Positions 33,754-46,967 of a stretch of DNA of 64,000 nucleotides are shown piece by piece. The notes under the pieces were generated by a model. It had not been told where the DNA came from and made no database searches. It was given only the letters and a program-made list of their open reading frames with translations. This stretch comes from Eremomyces bilateralis CBS 781.70 (Eukaryota). Made by a program: the position numbers and the translations under genes. Every line of letters begins with the position of its first letter. Positions within the stretch are counted from its first letter, which is position 1. The stretch is taken from the NCBI GenBank assembly GCA_010015585.1, contig ML975162.1; one strand, given 5' to 3'.

Positions 33754-35567
33754 CTACTCATCCTTCTCCTCCGGAATGGCCTCCACCTCGTCCTGATCCT
33801 CCTCGAACGTATTCTCAGGCACTTGATACAACCTCAAGAGCTGCTTGTTGGGATCCTTGATTAGTACGTACTTCCCATCCTCGCCCTTCAGGACCATGTC
33901 GCAAATGGTGCGAACGATGCCCCATCCATTGTTCAGGTTCAGGTTCATCTGGGTGGCGAAGTCTTTTGGCTTATAGCCAAGAACACCGAGGAGGATATGG
34001 TCGTTGGTGTTCTTCGGGTTGGCGCGGGAGACGAATCTAGTCGGACGGTTAGCTTTACGTTGAGTAGGCTTGATCAGGTGTCTGCTTACCCTAGCTTCAT
34101 CTGGTCGGCGTTGGCAAGGATACTTTGAGTGGTCCATCTAGCCAATTTGCAGCTGTTGTTCTTCATCTCCGTCGCCACGACGGCACCACGCTGGCTCTGG
34201 AGCTTGGTTCGCCAATCCAGGGCACCACCGCTACCTTGAGCCTTGCTATCGAACTCGTTGAGGGCCTTCATGACCAGGTGTTGGTCTGCACCGACACTAT
34301 TCTTCATCACAGCATCCAGTTCAGTTCGGACGATCAAGTGAAGCGGCTCCTCATCGCGCTCCAAAGACAGATCAAACCGTCTGTATCGGTAGGCTTTTGA
34401 TGCGGGCGGGTCGGTCTCGACGGACGGGTTGTAAAACGGATGCTCGTTCTGCATTTCCTTCTTTTGGCTCTCCACCTCATTGACGACTTGGAGTGGGAAA
34501 AGTTGATTGATGTGGGTGGCTTCCATCATGAGGGCACCGGGGTTGTTGATCGAGTCCTTGCTGCCTTCTGAGATCTCCAATGGAGCATCGGTGGCATTTT
34601 CGTTGACCGTGACCATATCCAGATTCGATCCTTCTCGCTTGTCGATAAAGACCTTGTTGCCGTGCTTGGATAGAACCACATCCCATGAGTACACTGACCT
34701 CGGAGCGCACATGAGCATGGAAAGGATGTTGTCGGTGGCAAAGATCGTCGCCTCATCCTTCTCTGAGAGCTCCTGGATGATCGGGTCGCTGCTTGTCGTG
34801 ACATTGTACGCCGCTCTCTCGAGCAGCTGAAGCTTCTTCTCCGAGGTCTTCGCGCCCGGTTGCTTGTCGAAAACGCGGTCGTAGTAATATAAGAAACCGT
34901 AGCTCTCCAGGTCTTCGGCATCGCCCGCGTCCAAGTTCAACTTCGTCAATCGAGCGAACTCAATTTCCTCAAGCAACGTCCAGTCAGGCCGGACCGCGAC
35001 CGAGGGATCACGGTTCCGTTGCGGCTTATCATCGCGCCAGCCGAACCTTCGTCCACCGCGACCGCCACGACCACCACGGTTGTCATACCCGCCTCGCTGG
35101 TTTCGCCCGTTGTCGACTCGCTGGAAAGTCCCCCGCCCACCTCGCTGTCCCTGCCCTCGTTGGCCTCGGCCTCGGAAGATCGTACCACCACCACGTCCGA
35201 AAGTCCGAGTTTTGGGAGTGCGCGTGTTATCGACGACCGAGAAGGTAGCTTCCTCCTCCGCTACCTGGATGGCGAACGGATTGTTCGATTGATTCGCGCC
35301 ATAAACCTGCTGCTCTGCTTGGAGTTAGCGAGGGATTCGGATAACGATGGAGTATGTTGTACCTCTGAAATTTCGGCCACCGTATCCGCCTCGGTTTCGA
35401 TCTCGGTCTTTGCCATCAGTCCAATCGGCCATCCGCCCCAGCCTATCGGATTTTGAATATGGCGCATATGGAACGCCATCGAGGGTGGACTCGTTGGACA
35501 CTGGCGGTCCCCATCCATCTGTCGATGGTGGTAGGGCGCTGATTAGGTCATGGAGAGAAGGAGCCAT
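33754..35567 (-). CDS. eIF3d: Translation initiation factor 3 subunit D, 3 exons
   Basis: [23 protein letters not shown]-rich segment, [60 protein letters not shown]. Confidence 0.96.
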
Positions 35568-35945
35568 GACTGTTGTTTATCCAGATCAGTAAGATACCTG
35601 GACCGGAATAACTTGACGTGTGTGAGGGTGAAGTCGAGGGTGTTGGCGCATAAATCTTCAGATGCGGAACTTGTGGGTGGATGAATTTGGTGGAAGTGGC
35701 AGGGGTTGTGGCGAGAAATCTTGGCGGCATTCGATATTGGCGCCTTACTGCCTGAAATGGTGAGATTGCTGCCTAGGTACCTTGTTGCCTCATGCCACTG
35801 TATGTCTGGTGTCGCCACCCGATCATCGGACGTTGCAAGAAGTTCAATATCTGGTTTCGAAAAAGAGGTAGCTTTCAAGGTGTTTTTGGTAAGGGTAAAC
35901 TCTCGAAAATGCACCTGAGATACTTTTGAATCAGTTAAGATACCC

Positions 35946-38219
35946 ATGGCGAACTGCCCGGCAGCATGTTCGCTCTCCCTCCCGCCTCCGCAGATTCACG
36001 AGTCCAGCACGAGGTCGACTCCAAGGACAACTTGGGACATCAGATCAACCCGTCCCGACCATGAGCCCCAAAGTCAAGTGAGGTTTAACGTTTCATTTGA
36101 GCGGGATCCGTCATCCTATTCCTTAAGGGAAATCGAGATTGACCATGCCGGGGAATCCAAACTGCCCTGCACTCGCTTTTGCGGTGTCTGTGACTTTTGC
36201 AGCTTGGTCAAAAGTTTTCTCAGGGGACGTTATGGATCTCAAATGCTGGATTGGCTCCAGTCCACACCAGTGAATTCAAGCCCGAGCCCGCTCAAGGTGC
36301 TCGTGGAGTTAGATGCTCTTGCTTTTATGAGGGAATGCGCCGGGTGGCTTATCGATGGGCGCTTGACCAAAACTGGGGACCCATACATTCTCTCCCTGCG
36401 TGGCAAGATGTCCCTTATTCAGGATGATGAGTTATTGCAGCAGAACACGGATGTAGTCGTGCCGCTAGAGCTTTTTGCTGAAGACGGCAGCGTTGCCGCG
36501 GAATACTATGGAATCCATCGGAGACCGCTGGACAAACATGCCCTAAATGATCGCAACATGGAGAAGCTAAGAGCATGGCTGGATGAATGTGATAAAGAGC
36601 ATGGCAAGTGCAATGAGCCGGAACTAAAGGAGGAGTGGGATGAAGAAATGTGGGAGGATATCCCAATGAGAAAATTCCTGCCAACTCGTCTTCTTGATGT
36701 CGGTGACGCTCACACTGGGCGTCAACCGAAGCTAGTAGTATCACGAGAGCATTTTAATGAAGGTCAGGATGTGAAATATTTCGCCCTGAGCTACTGTTGG
36801 GGCTACGAAGAAGAAGAACGGCCTTTCATGACTCTGCGGCAATCATTCTCTGAGCACCTAAAAAGCGTACCGTATCTGTCGCTTCCAGAAACCTTCCGCA
36901 ACGTCATCGATCTCGCAAGAGATTTGAATGTCCAGTATGTCTGGATCGACAGCTTATGCATCATTCAAAACCTCCGACGTGACTGGCGACGCGAATCGGC
37001 TCAGATGCGGAAGATTTTCAACAATGCCTACTTAACGATCGTTGCTGCGTCCGCATCCTCGAGCCATGGCGGCTTCTTGCATCGGGATAATGGACCGACA
37101 TGTACCATATCGATCGAACAGTCTGACGTTGATGCCCCGGATCCGGCACACTATTCCTACTCCCTCCGCCATCGACCCGGCGTCAAATGGTGGGGAAGCG
37201 ATAAGATGGCCGGCATCTCTGGCGGGCGCTGGATCAAGCGTGCATGGACGTTTCAAGAAGAGCGACTCGCCAAACGGGTACTGATATTTGGCGAGTCGAA
37301 ATTCTTCTTTGATTGCCGCGAATTCGAACGAGTGGAGGATACAGATTATCTACATCTGCGGCCGGACTGGTCTGAGACGCTCTATGGCGTACCAGAAAGT
37401 GAATTGATGCAGTCGATGATAAGCCAGGTGTCGGGCTTCAGTGCTGGGAGTGCAAGTAACCGACAGCGGCAGCAGCCGGGCATATTCGATCACTGGCAGA
37501 CGCTTTGCAACCATTACTCGCGGCGACAACTGACGTTCGAGGACGACAAGTTGCCCGCGCTGTCGGGAATGGCGAGTACTCTCGGCCTGAAGGTCAAGTC
37601 GGAGTACTTGGCAGGGCTCTGGAAAGATCATTTGTACCACGACCTGTTTTGGCAGACCAAAGGCACGGCCACCAAAGTCGGGCAATATCGAGCTCCCTCG
37701 TGGTCATGGGCGGCGCTGAAAGCCGAGGAGATCCAGTGGAAATACTGGTACAGGTGCCTCGACGACAATTGCAAGCGCTACAGCGATATTTTGGAAGTGG
37801 ATACGATGATCGATGGAATCGATCTTTACGGGGCGGTGGTTGATGGATTTCTGAAGATCGCTGGCCCAATAGTTCGGGTCATGTTGACTTGGGATCCGAT
37901 TGAGGGGATGGCCCGACACCCTTGGAAAGTCTCTGTCGACAGCAATGAGATAGCAAGAGCAGACTTGGATCTACAGAATGAAGGCCCGGGACAGGATGAT
38001 CGCGAGCGGACCGCTTGGGCCTTACTCGTGGCGAGATGCACAGGAAGCCAATCGCCCCCACGAGGATTAGTTTTAGAAGAAACGCACCGGCCCCACATAC
38101 AGGAACGAACCTTAGAACGCATCGGCATATTCAGGATCTATCCAGAGAGTTCCCCAACTTCCAAGACATTCCTTGAGAGATGGGAGCACATGCCACGAGA
38201 TAAATTAATCATCATATAG
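35946..38219 (+). CDS. HET (heterokaryon incompatibility) domain protein, TOL-like, intronless
   Basis: 757-aa ORF with LPTRLLDV, YFALSYCWG, YVWIDSLCIIQ, DWRRESAQMRKIF, RAWTFQEERLA, YSRRQLTFEDDKLPALSG, YRAPSWSWA. Confidence 0.92.
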   Translation: MANCPAACSLSLPPPQIHESSTRSTPRTTWDIRSTRPDHEPQSQVRFNVSFERDPSSYSLREIEIDHAGESKLPCTRFCGVCDFCSLVKSFLRGRYGSQMLDWLQSTPVNSSPSPLKVLVELDALAFMRECAGWLIDGRLTKTGDPYILSLRGKMSLIQDDELLQQNTDVVVPLELFAEDGSVAAEYYGIHRRPLDKHALNDRNMEKLRAWLDECDKEHGKCNEPELKEEWDEEMWEDIPMRKFLPTRLLDVGDAHTGRQPKLVVSREHFNEGQDVKYFALSYCWGYEEEERPFMTLRQSFSEHLKSVPYLSLPETFRNVIDLARDLNVQYVWIDSLCIIQNLRRDWRRESAQMRKIFNNAYLTIVAASASSSHGGFLHRDNGPTCTISIEQSDVDAPDPAHYSYSLRHRPGVKWWGSDKMAGISGGRWIKRAWTFQEERLAKRVLIFGESKFFFDCREFERVEDTDYLHLRPDWSETLYGVPESELMQSMISQVSGFSAGSASNRQRQQPGIFDHWQTLCNHYSRRQLTFEDDKLPALSGMASTLGLKVKSEYLAGLWKDHLYHDLFWQTKGTATKVGQYRAPSWSWAALKAEEIQWKYWYRCLDDNCKRYSDILEVDTMIDGIDLYGAVVDGFLKIAGPIVRVMLTWDPIEGMARHPWKVSVDSNEIARADLDLQNEGPGQDDRERTAWALLVARCTGSQSPPRGLVLEETHRPHIQERTLERIGIFRIYPESSPTSKTFLERWEHMPRDKLIII

Positions 38220-38548
38220 GGCAAGCCATTGTTATCAAGGGAAATGAAAGCAAAGTTATTTGGAAATCGCGTCCCATGGGTATCATACAAATTTTTCCTA
38301 GAACGCCACTTTTGGTTCAGTGATGGCCTCTGCTTTTGTGAAACTGTGAAGTGATGGGGAATTGATTTGGATGGGGCAGGAAACGAAGGGCCGATGTGAA
38401 CTGTCCTATCACCGCTTTGTTCTCCGAACCTCAAAGGTGTGTCACAAAGCATGCTGTGGCCCCATTCCTAATAATCCAAGAGAACCGATCCTGATGAACT
38501 CCCATTATGCAGACCGTGAGCAGCCGGTAAAACTCCATGCCTCGCCCA

Positions 38549-39114
38549 TCAACCAGAGAAGTCTCGGTATTTGTGGATCTCCTTGATGATGCCCTCGAGT
38601 TCCTCGTCCGAAATCTTGCCCACGAGACTCGGTATTAATGTTTTCGCTTCGTCGACGCCTTCGCAGGTGAGGGTGAGAAGTTGTGATCGCTCGAACGAGT
38701 CCAGTTTTGCAGAGTAGTCTTCCAGCCATCCAGCTGCTTCGATCAATGCTTCTTTGTCCTTGAATCGGCTGAAGGTGTCCATGTACTCTTGCATTTTACT
38801 GAGGGTCCTGCAGGCAGGTGAATGCGCGTTAGCCTCCAAGCTCTCACTTAGGCAACGCAAATGATGAGGCGAAAACAAAGACACATCAAATAGAAAGGAA
38901 ATCAATCATATTCAAGAAATGAAAATGGGCTGCCCTACTCGGTCTCTCGGAATCCATTTGGATCGCGATTCTTACGGCGGGTGACAAGTGTGTCGATGAC
39001 CATTTTGGCCTCAGAAACCGAAAGGGTTGGAACGCCTTGGAACTCGCCAAGGATCAACTCCGCTCCAGCCTCTTCCTCACCAGGTGCAACGGTACGTTCA
39101 CGAGCTGCTGGCAT
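38549..39114 (-). CDS. RPB4: RNA polymerase II subunit Rpb4, 2 exons
   Basis: GEEEAGAELILGEFQGVPTLSVSEAK, intron about 38808-38937, then YMDTFSRFK…FERSQLLTLTCEGVDEAKTLIPSL (HRDC fold). Confidence 0.93.
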
Positions 39115-39412
39115 CTTGCAGATGTTATCGGTGGTTAATGTATGCGAGGGTGCGCTGAAACTTGAAAGGAACGGGAATGTCGAACGTTTTGAAGTCGAGC
39201 CTCTGAGTGACAAGGATCTCGATCAATGCAGGTGGAAATTGTGGAGAGTGCACGTGACTACTTGAAAATGATATTCGCCTTAGAGATAAGGCACCAATGC
39301 CACCCCTGAATTGAACTGACTGCACTGAAATTATCGGTATTCACCTTTGCGAGGGTTTGGAGTTTCCGTCTGTACTGGATTTTCTCAGGCCACCGCTTAT
39401 AATGACCCCATC

Positions 39413-40111
39413 CTAGGTTCCACTCTGTTCCTGTCCCCGGCTCACCACTGTCTGCGTCGGCCACCCGTCATTGTACAGTGTTCTGGCACGCAATCGTGCC
39501 GGCCGTGTTGACGAACGGGTTTCCTCTAGCATTGGGCAAGACTTGGAGCGGCCGGGCAATGTATAGCTCATCCCTGATTCCGAAGTGGTAGTTTTCCATG
39601 ACTCCGAAGCTGCAGCTCTCCCCCCCAGCCACGGCCGGACTGGCTGTGGTGTGTACAAGACGGGCTCTTGGGGGCGGATCCGGCGACGATGAGGAACCCA
39701 TGGCCAGCGGATTCCGAACCGGCTTCGACGGACTTGGGAAGGGTTGTACCGGCGACGGAGGGGGACCCAGGGCTGGTCGGGTCGGAACCGGTTCAAACGC
39801 CGCTGGGCGCGGTTGTACAAGGGATGGGGTCTGCTGCTGACCCCAGTGCCCCCTGCACCCTCTGGATCTACCGGCCCGTCGAAGGCTTCGAGCCATGCCA
39901 CGACTCGTGCGTTCGTTTCTGAGGCCAAGCGGACCTGCTGGCCAGGCAGGAAGGATGATGGGCTACCGTCGCTGTTTGTGCATTAGCAACTGTATGGAGA
40001 TCGGAAGGTGGCTAGGGACGAAATGACTTACTCTGCTTCCTCCTCTGGTTGACCGGTGATACAAGCACCACCGCTAGAAGCTTCTGCACTCTTGCTCGGC
40101 ATTGCTCCCAT
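39413..40111 (-). CDS. Orphan hypothetical Arg/Pro-rich protein, 2 exons
   Basis: ATG at 40111 (MGAMPSKS…). A canonical GTAAGT…CTAAT…CAG intron at 39972-40031 splices in frame into ORF 39413-39928. Confidence 0.55.
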
Positions 40112-43100
40112 CTTGCAGCTGTGGTGTTTCTTGAATAGGTTAGAATGTGCGGATTCGAAGAAAGGGTGGAAGGAAGAAGCATACTGGAATGGTTAAGGAG
40201 GATGGGATGGGGGACTGATCTCTTCAGCTTTCATACGCCGGAGGCTGCGGTCTTTGAGATAGCTACCAACAGTCCGGAATGCTGAAGATCGTCATAGATG
40301 AGTGGCATATCTTGAGTTAAACCTAAATGCACTGAGAAGAAGCTAAGGCCGCGATATAAGGCCGCGATCCAGATCAGGAGGAGACCAGCAGCTCAAGGAA
40401 CCCCCGCCACCCCCGTTTCGTTGCACTTTCCTTCACCCCGATGAACTCTCCACCTAGCTCCTCTATCACCTCGCTCTTCTCTTCCTCATCACAACTCTTT
40501 GTTGATCCATCACAAATCCTCATCCAAAATCTGTCATCTGCACATTTTCTTTGTACTGAGAGCGGCGGGGAACTCATTTGTTGGCTGGTAGCTCACCTGC
40601 TGGACCTCGATTGCCGTTGGCATCATACAGATAACTCCGCTGTCAATATCCAACAAAGTACCAGGTAAGCCTCCACTACCTCAGGCCGTCATGGGAGAGA
40701 TATCGCCACCCTTGGAACACCAATCCAGTTGGTTGTGCTGCTGAGAGTTGAAACTGACTGATTCCATCAACTAGTATATGACACAGACAGAGAGTGGTGG
40801 CGTATCTCGCTTCTTGTGCTTCGTAGGGGTTGATGTCATAGAAACCTTCAATGGAAGAGCTATGGGAATGTCGAAGTCCCGAGTGAGTGAAAACCTTCCT
40901 TGATGGTATTTGAGAGAGATTCAGTCACTGATGAAGTGAGAGCAGCAGCAGCAAATTTTTCCATCACCGTGCCACAGAGTTCGCTTGGCAACAGTGATAG
41001 TCAATCCGTACGACTCATCTGGTTGACACGTCAAAGCCTGGTGAGATGGGCTGTCGTTCCCAGTGCGCGACGTCGGTGGTCGTCTACAAGGCGGCGAGGA
41101 GACAACTTTCAGCCAACACAGTCAATGGATGGCGGAAGGAGCGTGCATCTGGAGTTGGGAAAATGAAGCGGACGACTTCGGTAAGGCAGACACCCCAAAG
41201 TCAAACAATGACATCGTCAACTAACAAGGACACGAATTCCGGACAGATGTCGCTCTTCTATATGAAAGATGCATCTTGTTGTCGGTCGCAGAGCCAAACA
41301 TATCGGAGCCGTTTGTTCATTTTTGAACAGTTTCTCAGTGGACTGCATATCGGCCACCAGAATCCGCGCTCCTGAACCAGTCGCACAGAAGATTCCTGGC
41401 AAACCACACTATGTGCTGATGAGGCTCTAGCCGCAGGCCTCCTCGACCAAGTCTATACCGCGTCCTCGACGACACCGGAACATAGAAATGATGCCATGGC
41501 ATCTCATCCTAATCGGGTTCAAAGAAAAGAGCAGAGATTCATCTTAAACACTGTAATCCGCAGACCTCGGTGGTGAAGATAGGCCTCGCGAACAACTGGT
41601 GTTGGCTTTTCACCCTTATCACTATTTAAACACCAAAGTTTGCTCAACGGCCACGGCATCTCAACTCCATGGTTACGGCTAGCCCTACCAGCCATTCCAG
41701 CACCGTGACATCAGCCATCAACAAAGCTAAGACGGTCTGCGGATAGGTCTTCACCATGTCTTTCACCGCAAATACCAAGGCCGGGCACTGGCGTGGCTCA
41801 GGTCGTAAATTCCATTCTTCATTTGTACGGCCCTTCATCAATCAGTGGATCATTGCCCTGAGACTTCCATGTCCACTGCCGCTAAGAAAGGATGAGAGAC
41901 ATGGCACTCTCCATTTGTTGATAGGTGGAGGGACATGCACGGACCCCGAACCGCACCATACAGACCTGTTTTGCATGCGCCTATAAAGTTGCGGCCTGGG
42001 TTGCAAAGTGCCGGAAAAGTCATGAGATGCTGGACACAGAAGCCGTTGTGTCGCCGCTCGCCCTTCCATCTGTTCAGTCATCAGGGAGAATACTGACAGA
42101 ATTTACTCCCCCGGGGGTAGGCGGAGAGGAGCCGCCCCCGCGACCCAGAAAGTTACAAAAGACCTATGCGGCCACGGGGGACCCCAATGGCTAATTGAGC
42201 CATCGTGAAGTGGAGGGTAGTCGCGCCGGCGAGGAGGTCGGGATCATTTGCGCAAGCCTGATATCCCTGAAGCCACTGGTGCAACGGATCTTCCCGTGCC
42301 CTTGGCACTCGGAAAGAAGTGGTTGATTTGGTTCCTAGGCCCACGGGAGTGTGCTGGGGCCGAACTGCAATCATTTCCCGAAGCCAGCAACAGCTGTGGC
42401 TCAAGCATTGGCGGGTTAGAGAGCCGCAGCGTCGAGGACGGGAATATAGGAGGCGACAAGGAAATCGTGCAGAAAGGTCCAGTCGCCTTGAACTAAAAGG
42501 TTCGGTGCGCTACGGCGCCAGCGGCCTCGCAAGAGCATGCTCCCTCCCCTCAACCAACTCCGCCTCCTTGTCACTACCAAGGAAAAGGCCATAGATACTG
42601 GGGACTCTTGCGTGGATAGACATGATAGCGGGAACCAGATGGCAGTTACCTCGTCCCATCCCACCCTTCCGCCATCCAGTTCGCGTCCCTGTCCTCGGAC
42701 GCTCCTCCTTCGGTGGCATCAGACCACGAGTTCACTCCACGCGATCCGATCAACCCGTATACACCATCAGCCTCTCAAGACAGCTTCGGCTGCTCCACAG
42801 GGGCGGGATCAAAGTCCTAGGTATCCGTCATCCTTTCTGGACCACCCTTAAAGCTGGGGGTTGGCTCCGAAGCAGAATGTGGCTTCCGGAGAAAATGTGG
42901 GCGGACAAGTCTCTCCCAAGGCCAATGTGTCGCCGTCTCGAATTCCGAGAATTGAACCTCCTGCACGGGGCAATCCTTCTACGCCGATAGTGCTTTGACC
43001 AATATTTGCTTTTCGGGGGTTCTTTTCTGAGGGTCTCCGACGAGTTCGGAGATGTGGGTCTGATATCATAGATGGAGCTTCACGGCGCCAACTGCTCTGA

Positions 43101-46100
43101 CTGTCGCAGACGTTTCGGCGTGGCTTCCACCAATATTTCCTTTTCGGGTTTTCGGTTTTCTTTCCTGTTATGGAGCTTTAGATCCTCATGCTGCGACGTT
43201 AACATGGGCGGAGAAGCACCGGAGGCCGGACCTCATTCGTGGACTCGTAATCGGAGACTTTGGACAAGCGCAGAGAGTGACTGAAACGACTGAAACGACT
43301 GTATCAGACACAATGGGCTCCTCGCCTTGGCGGCCCTGTGGGGTATCGTGAGCGGCGGAACCGTCTGAGTCCCGATCAGTGGTTCCCCCGGACGTTAGGG
43401 GGCCACTTTCATGTCGTTCAATGTGTACTAGCTCACCAGCATAGCACTCGGTACGATCTCACTCAATGCCGTAGCCACCTCGTTGCCGCGGTAGGTCAAT
43501 ACGGCCGCGAACAGTCCTCTGCGTCCGAGACGACTCCGATCCGGCCGCCGGCAACGGATTTTGCCGGCAACGGATTTCATGGGATAGCACAACATGGACA
43601 ATTATTCCAGCACCTCGTCTTGCCGGGATGCAAGGTGAGGTGTGGGAGGGTCTAGGGACCAATGTTTGTTCCAAATTCTCTCCCCGACCCCCCACCACCA
43701 CGAAAATCGCCAACTCAATCGTCCAGCGAAGAATCTGCAACACCGAAAGGCGGAAATGGCAAGCGAATGCGAGGTTGTTCGGATGCGGCAACAGCCCCAC
43801 AATCTCATCGTAGCGGAATTCCTGATGGAAACTCTGCCGAACTACGCAAGCAATGTAGAGATCGAGAGTGCCCCAAAGAAGATCAAGTTCCGGGGTGCCT
43901 GGGGCCAGATTTGACGTTCCCTTTTGAGCCGCTGCTGCCCCATATGGTGGAGGAAGAGAAGTGGAACGAAATATATAGTGCCCAGAGGCATACCCGCCTG
44001 ATAAATACCCCATAAGCCCACTCTATGCCGTCCTGAATGACGCTGACTCCTTCAGCTGGGCTTCATCCGGGTGTGGACCGCCTGACCTCCAGGTCGTCGA
44101 GTTCTTGCGAGATCCGTTACAGTATAAGTACTCTCTAGAGGGGATCGATAACCATCGCGAGAGGGTTGTTGCGCGAGAGGCCGCCGCGAAGGCTATGATC
44201 TAGGGTGGGGGTAAGGATGGTAAGTGGCATTTGTGACACAACGGACTAGACCCAGACACTAATACTCCGTAGTAAAGTTCTGATCCACTACCGGGTGCCC
44301 ATCTCCGGCAAACTCCGAGAATGGACGGTCTCCCGCAGACCGACCCCGAGGAAGTTTGCTGGAGATGGGATATCAACATGCCTATTGGCCTGTGGCCGGG
44401 CTCTCCGCCATATGCCCCGCTGCGTCCGTCGCGTTGCAGCTGTCCACACGTGACGAGGGGCCGAGGCGCCCCCTTTCTAAACCCATTGTGGGGGATGGGA
44501 GGAGATCCAGACCGAGAAGTGTCCCTCTAGGACATAACCAGAGAACGATATGGAGTTCGGGGGAGGGTTATCAGCCAGAATTGCACGCAGTCGGCCAGGG
44601 GAGATGAGGAGAAACTGCAGGATCTCAGGTCGAATGCAAGTCTCATTTTCTCTCAACTGGTCGCGGAGTTCAGCGAGCCCCCTTGAAACTTCCGTCAACG
44701 AGGCCCGGAGATAGACACAATCCAGTGCTCAGATTTTGGCCAGCACAGCCAGTACAAGCATGATACTTCTTTCGTTGTCACCTCCACGACGCAACTCTTC
44801 CGGTCTAGCGATTACCACAAGCCTTTCCTGCCCCCTGTCCATCGCCGCTCAATGTGTCTTCCTTTCTCGCCTCGTGTGCGGAAGGAGAGGCGGACATGTT
44901 CAGACAAGTGTCGATCGGGTGCGTCTTGTTACCATTTCAAGAGGGAGGGAGTGTGAAGGATGAAAACATGGCTGTGTGCTTGTCGTCCATATTGTGAGCA
45001 GCCAGCTTGACATCCAATCCCAGGGTGTGGCAGTGGAGATGGGCGGTAGCAAGAGGAGGATGGTCCGCTGAGACGTTTGTGGCATTCATCAAGACCGAAC
45101 AGCATGGTGGTGCTCGACAACTCTGTCTGATTGGAGATGTTCAGGTCACATCCTCCAATACTACACATGTTTGTGGTCATTGGGCAGATGCCATTATCCG
45201 AAATCCAGTTCAGATCCAGTTCCAAGTCCAGCTTTCCAGTTCGTGAGATCCAAAGTGGTCCATGTCCAGATCCAATGTTCCACTCGGAGAGATCCGGCAG
45301 AGGGGAGCAGTATCAAACATCCAAGCTCTTACAAATTCAATTCTCCGTATTCCAGGCCATTTCAAAATGCTTCGTCATCACCTCATCGATCCAAGCATGT
45401 ACAGCTATCTTCAGCCCATATTCACCATTCCGCCACCACTGTCTGGTCTTGCGTCATGAACAAGTAAACGACAAGAATGAAACCATGAGCAACTGATTCT
45501 CCGACTCAACTGCCTATCCAGGTGACTCAGATAAAGATTACGTCGACACGACCGCGGATTTGCGATTCTGAAACCTACTATCGATGCTCTGGTCGTTGAT
45601 CATCTGAGGCGAGATGCCATTGGAGCTCCCTGGTTATATATAGCCTTAGCCGCATTCGAAGAGCAGAAACTTGGAAAAATCCCACTTCGTAGCTTTGGCT
45701 CCGCTTCGAGAAACCTGCCAAATGAAGCGGATCCAAGAGTCTTCAGGATGCATTCACCAAATGACTGGTATTAATATGGAGAAGTCTGGTACACTGTGGA
45801 GCTCCAGGGACAAATGTAGCAGCATCGTGACAACGATGAGTCTTGCTCAGCATCCTTGATGGAATTGAAGTTGGCCATTAGCTTGCCTGCCGACAACGGC
45901 ATCGTAGCCCTCAAACCAAAAGCCACTTGCTTCGTTGGGACTGCAAATCAACACCGATGAGGGGTCCTGCAGCCCGTAACTGCGCGCAACCGCACCTGGA
46001 TACGGGCATCCAAGTTGAACAACAGCGGAAGGTTGCAGCATGCAGGCTGGATGGAGACGCTCAAGGTATCAGGGTCGCTTCAACCCCTTCAGCTTCTGAA

Positions 46101-46967
46101 CCGTGGAAGGGTGGGATATTACACAGCCGTTAAGCGGGAAGCACCAAATTTGGGACCCCGTTAACTGAATTCCTCTGCGTTTTGCTCAAATGGTTCCTTG
46201 GGCTATTCTTGGCCCGTCCCTGTTGCTGTGGGCAATGGTGTGTGGGCGCAGGGAGGGTATGGTACCAAACATCCTGCGGTGGGGAGAATCCAGGGACTAT
46301 CCGGCATGGTCTCTGTTCCTATTGTAGAACCCGCATATTGGAATTTGGACAGTTTCATATCCGGAGTTCCCGACTTCGCCAATCTACGATATTCTTGATC
46401 GTGATATTGAAGCAGGAAGAGAGGAGAATGATACTGTCCATGCCTCCGTGGTAATTGGGATCATCGATACGGTCCCCCCCCGGCTGGAACCACCACTGGT
46501 GTCCTTGGCGCCTCAGGCTCGGATCGTGACTTCTCCTGGCGTTTCCCGACGCTAAGGCTTGGCATTCGGCCAGCAACGACAACTTTGACAAGTCGCGCAA
46601 CGTCCATCCTAAACGGGCGTTGCCAGACTCAGGTACTTCCGCGATTTTCGTGGGAAACCGAACCTCACTCCGTCAGACCATCGTGACAGTCCAAAGGACC
46701 GCTCGACTTCACTTCGCTCACTCCTCATCCCTTCACCGCCCTGGGTATTCGCTGTCCTTACAACGGTAGCGATCGGCGTCCACGCGATAGCTTTTCTGAC
46801 CTCTCACTCCATGGTCCCCATCTTCTCCTATCTCTCCGACCCCCTTCGCATCGGCTGTAGACTCCGACCGCGACAACGAACGATTTGCTAGGAAAGACTA
46901 GTTGCGAGACGAATTCGGAAGGCGGCCGTGACCCAATTCATACGATCGAGCTGGAGGAACCACAAGA

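Noticed and set aside
43279..43301. GACTGAAAC tandem repeat
   Set aside because: A 2.5-copy slippage repeat without spacers; not CRISPR-like or otherwise informative.
45200..45290. Loose TCCAG[AT]-rich repeat
   Set aside because: Irregular low-complexity tract with no consistent period or supported ORF.
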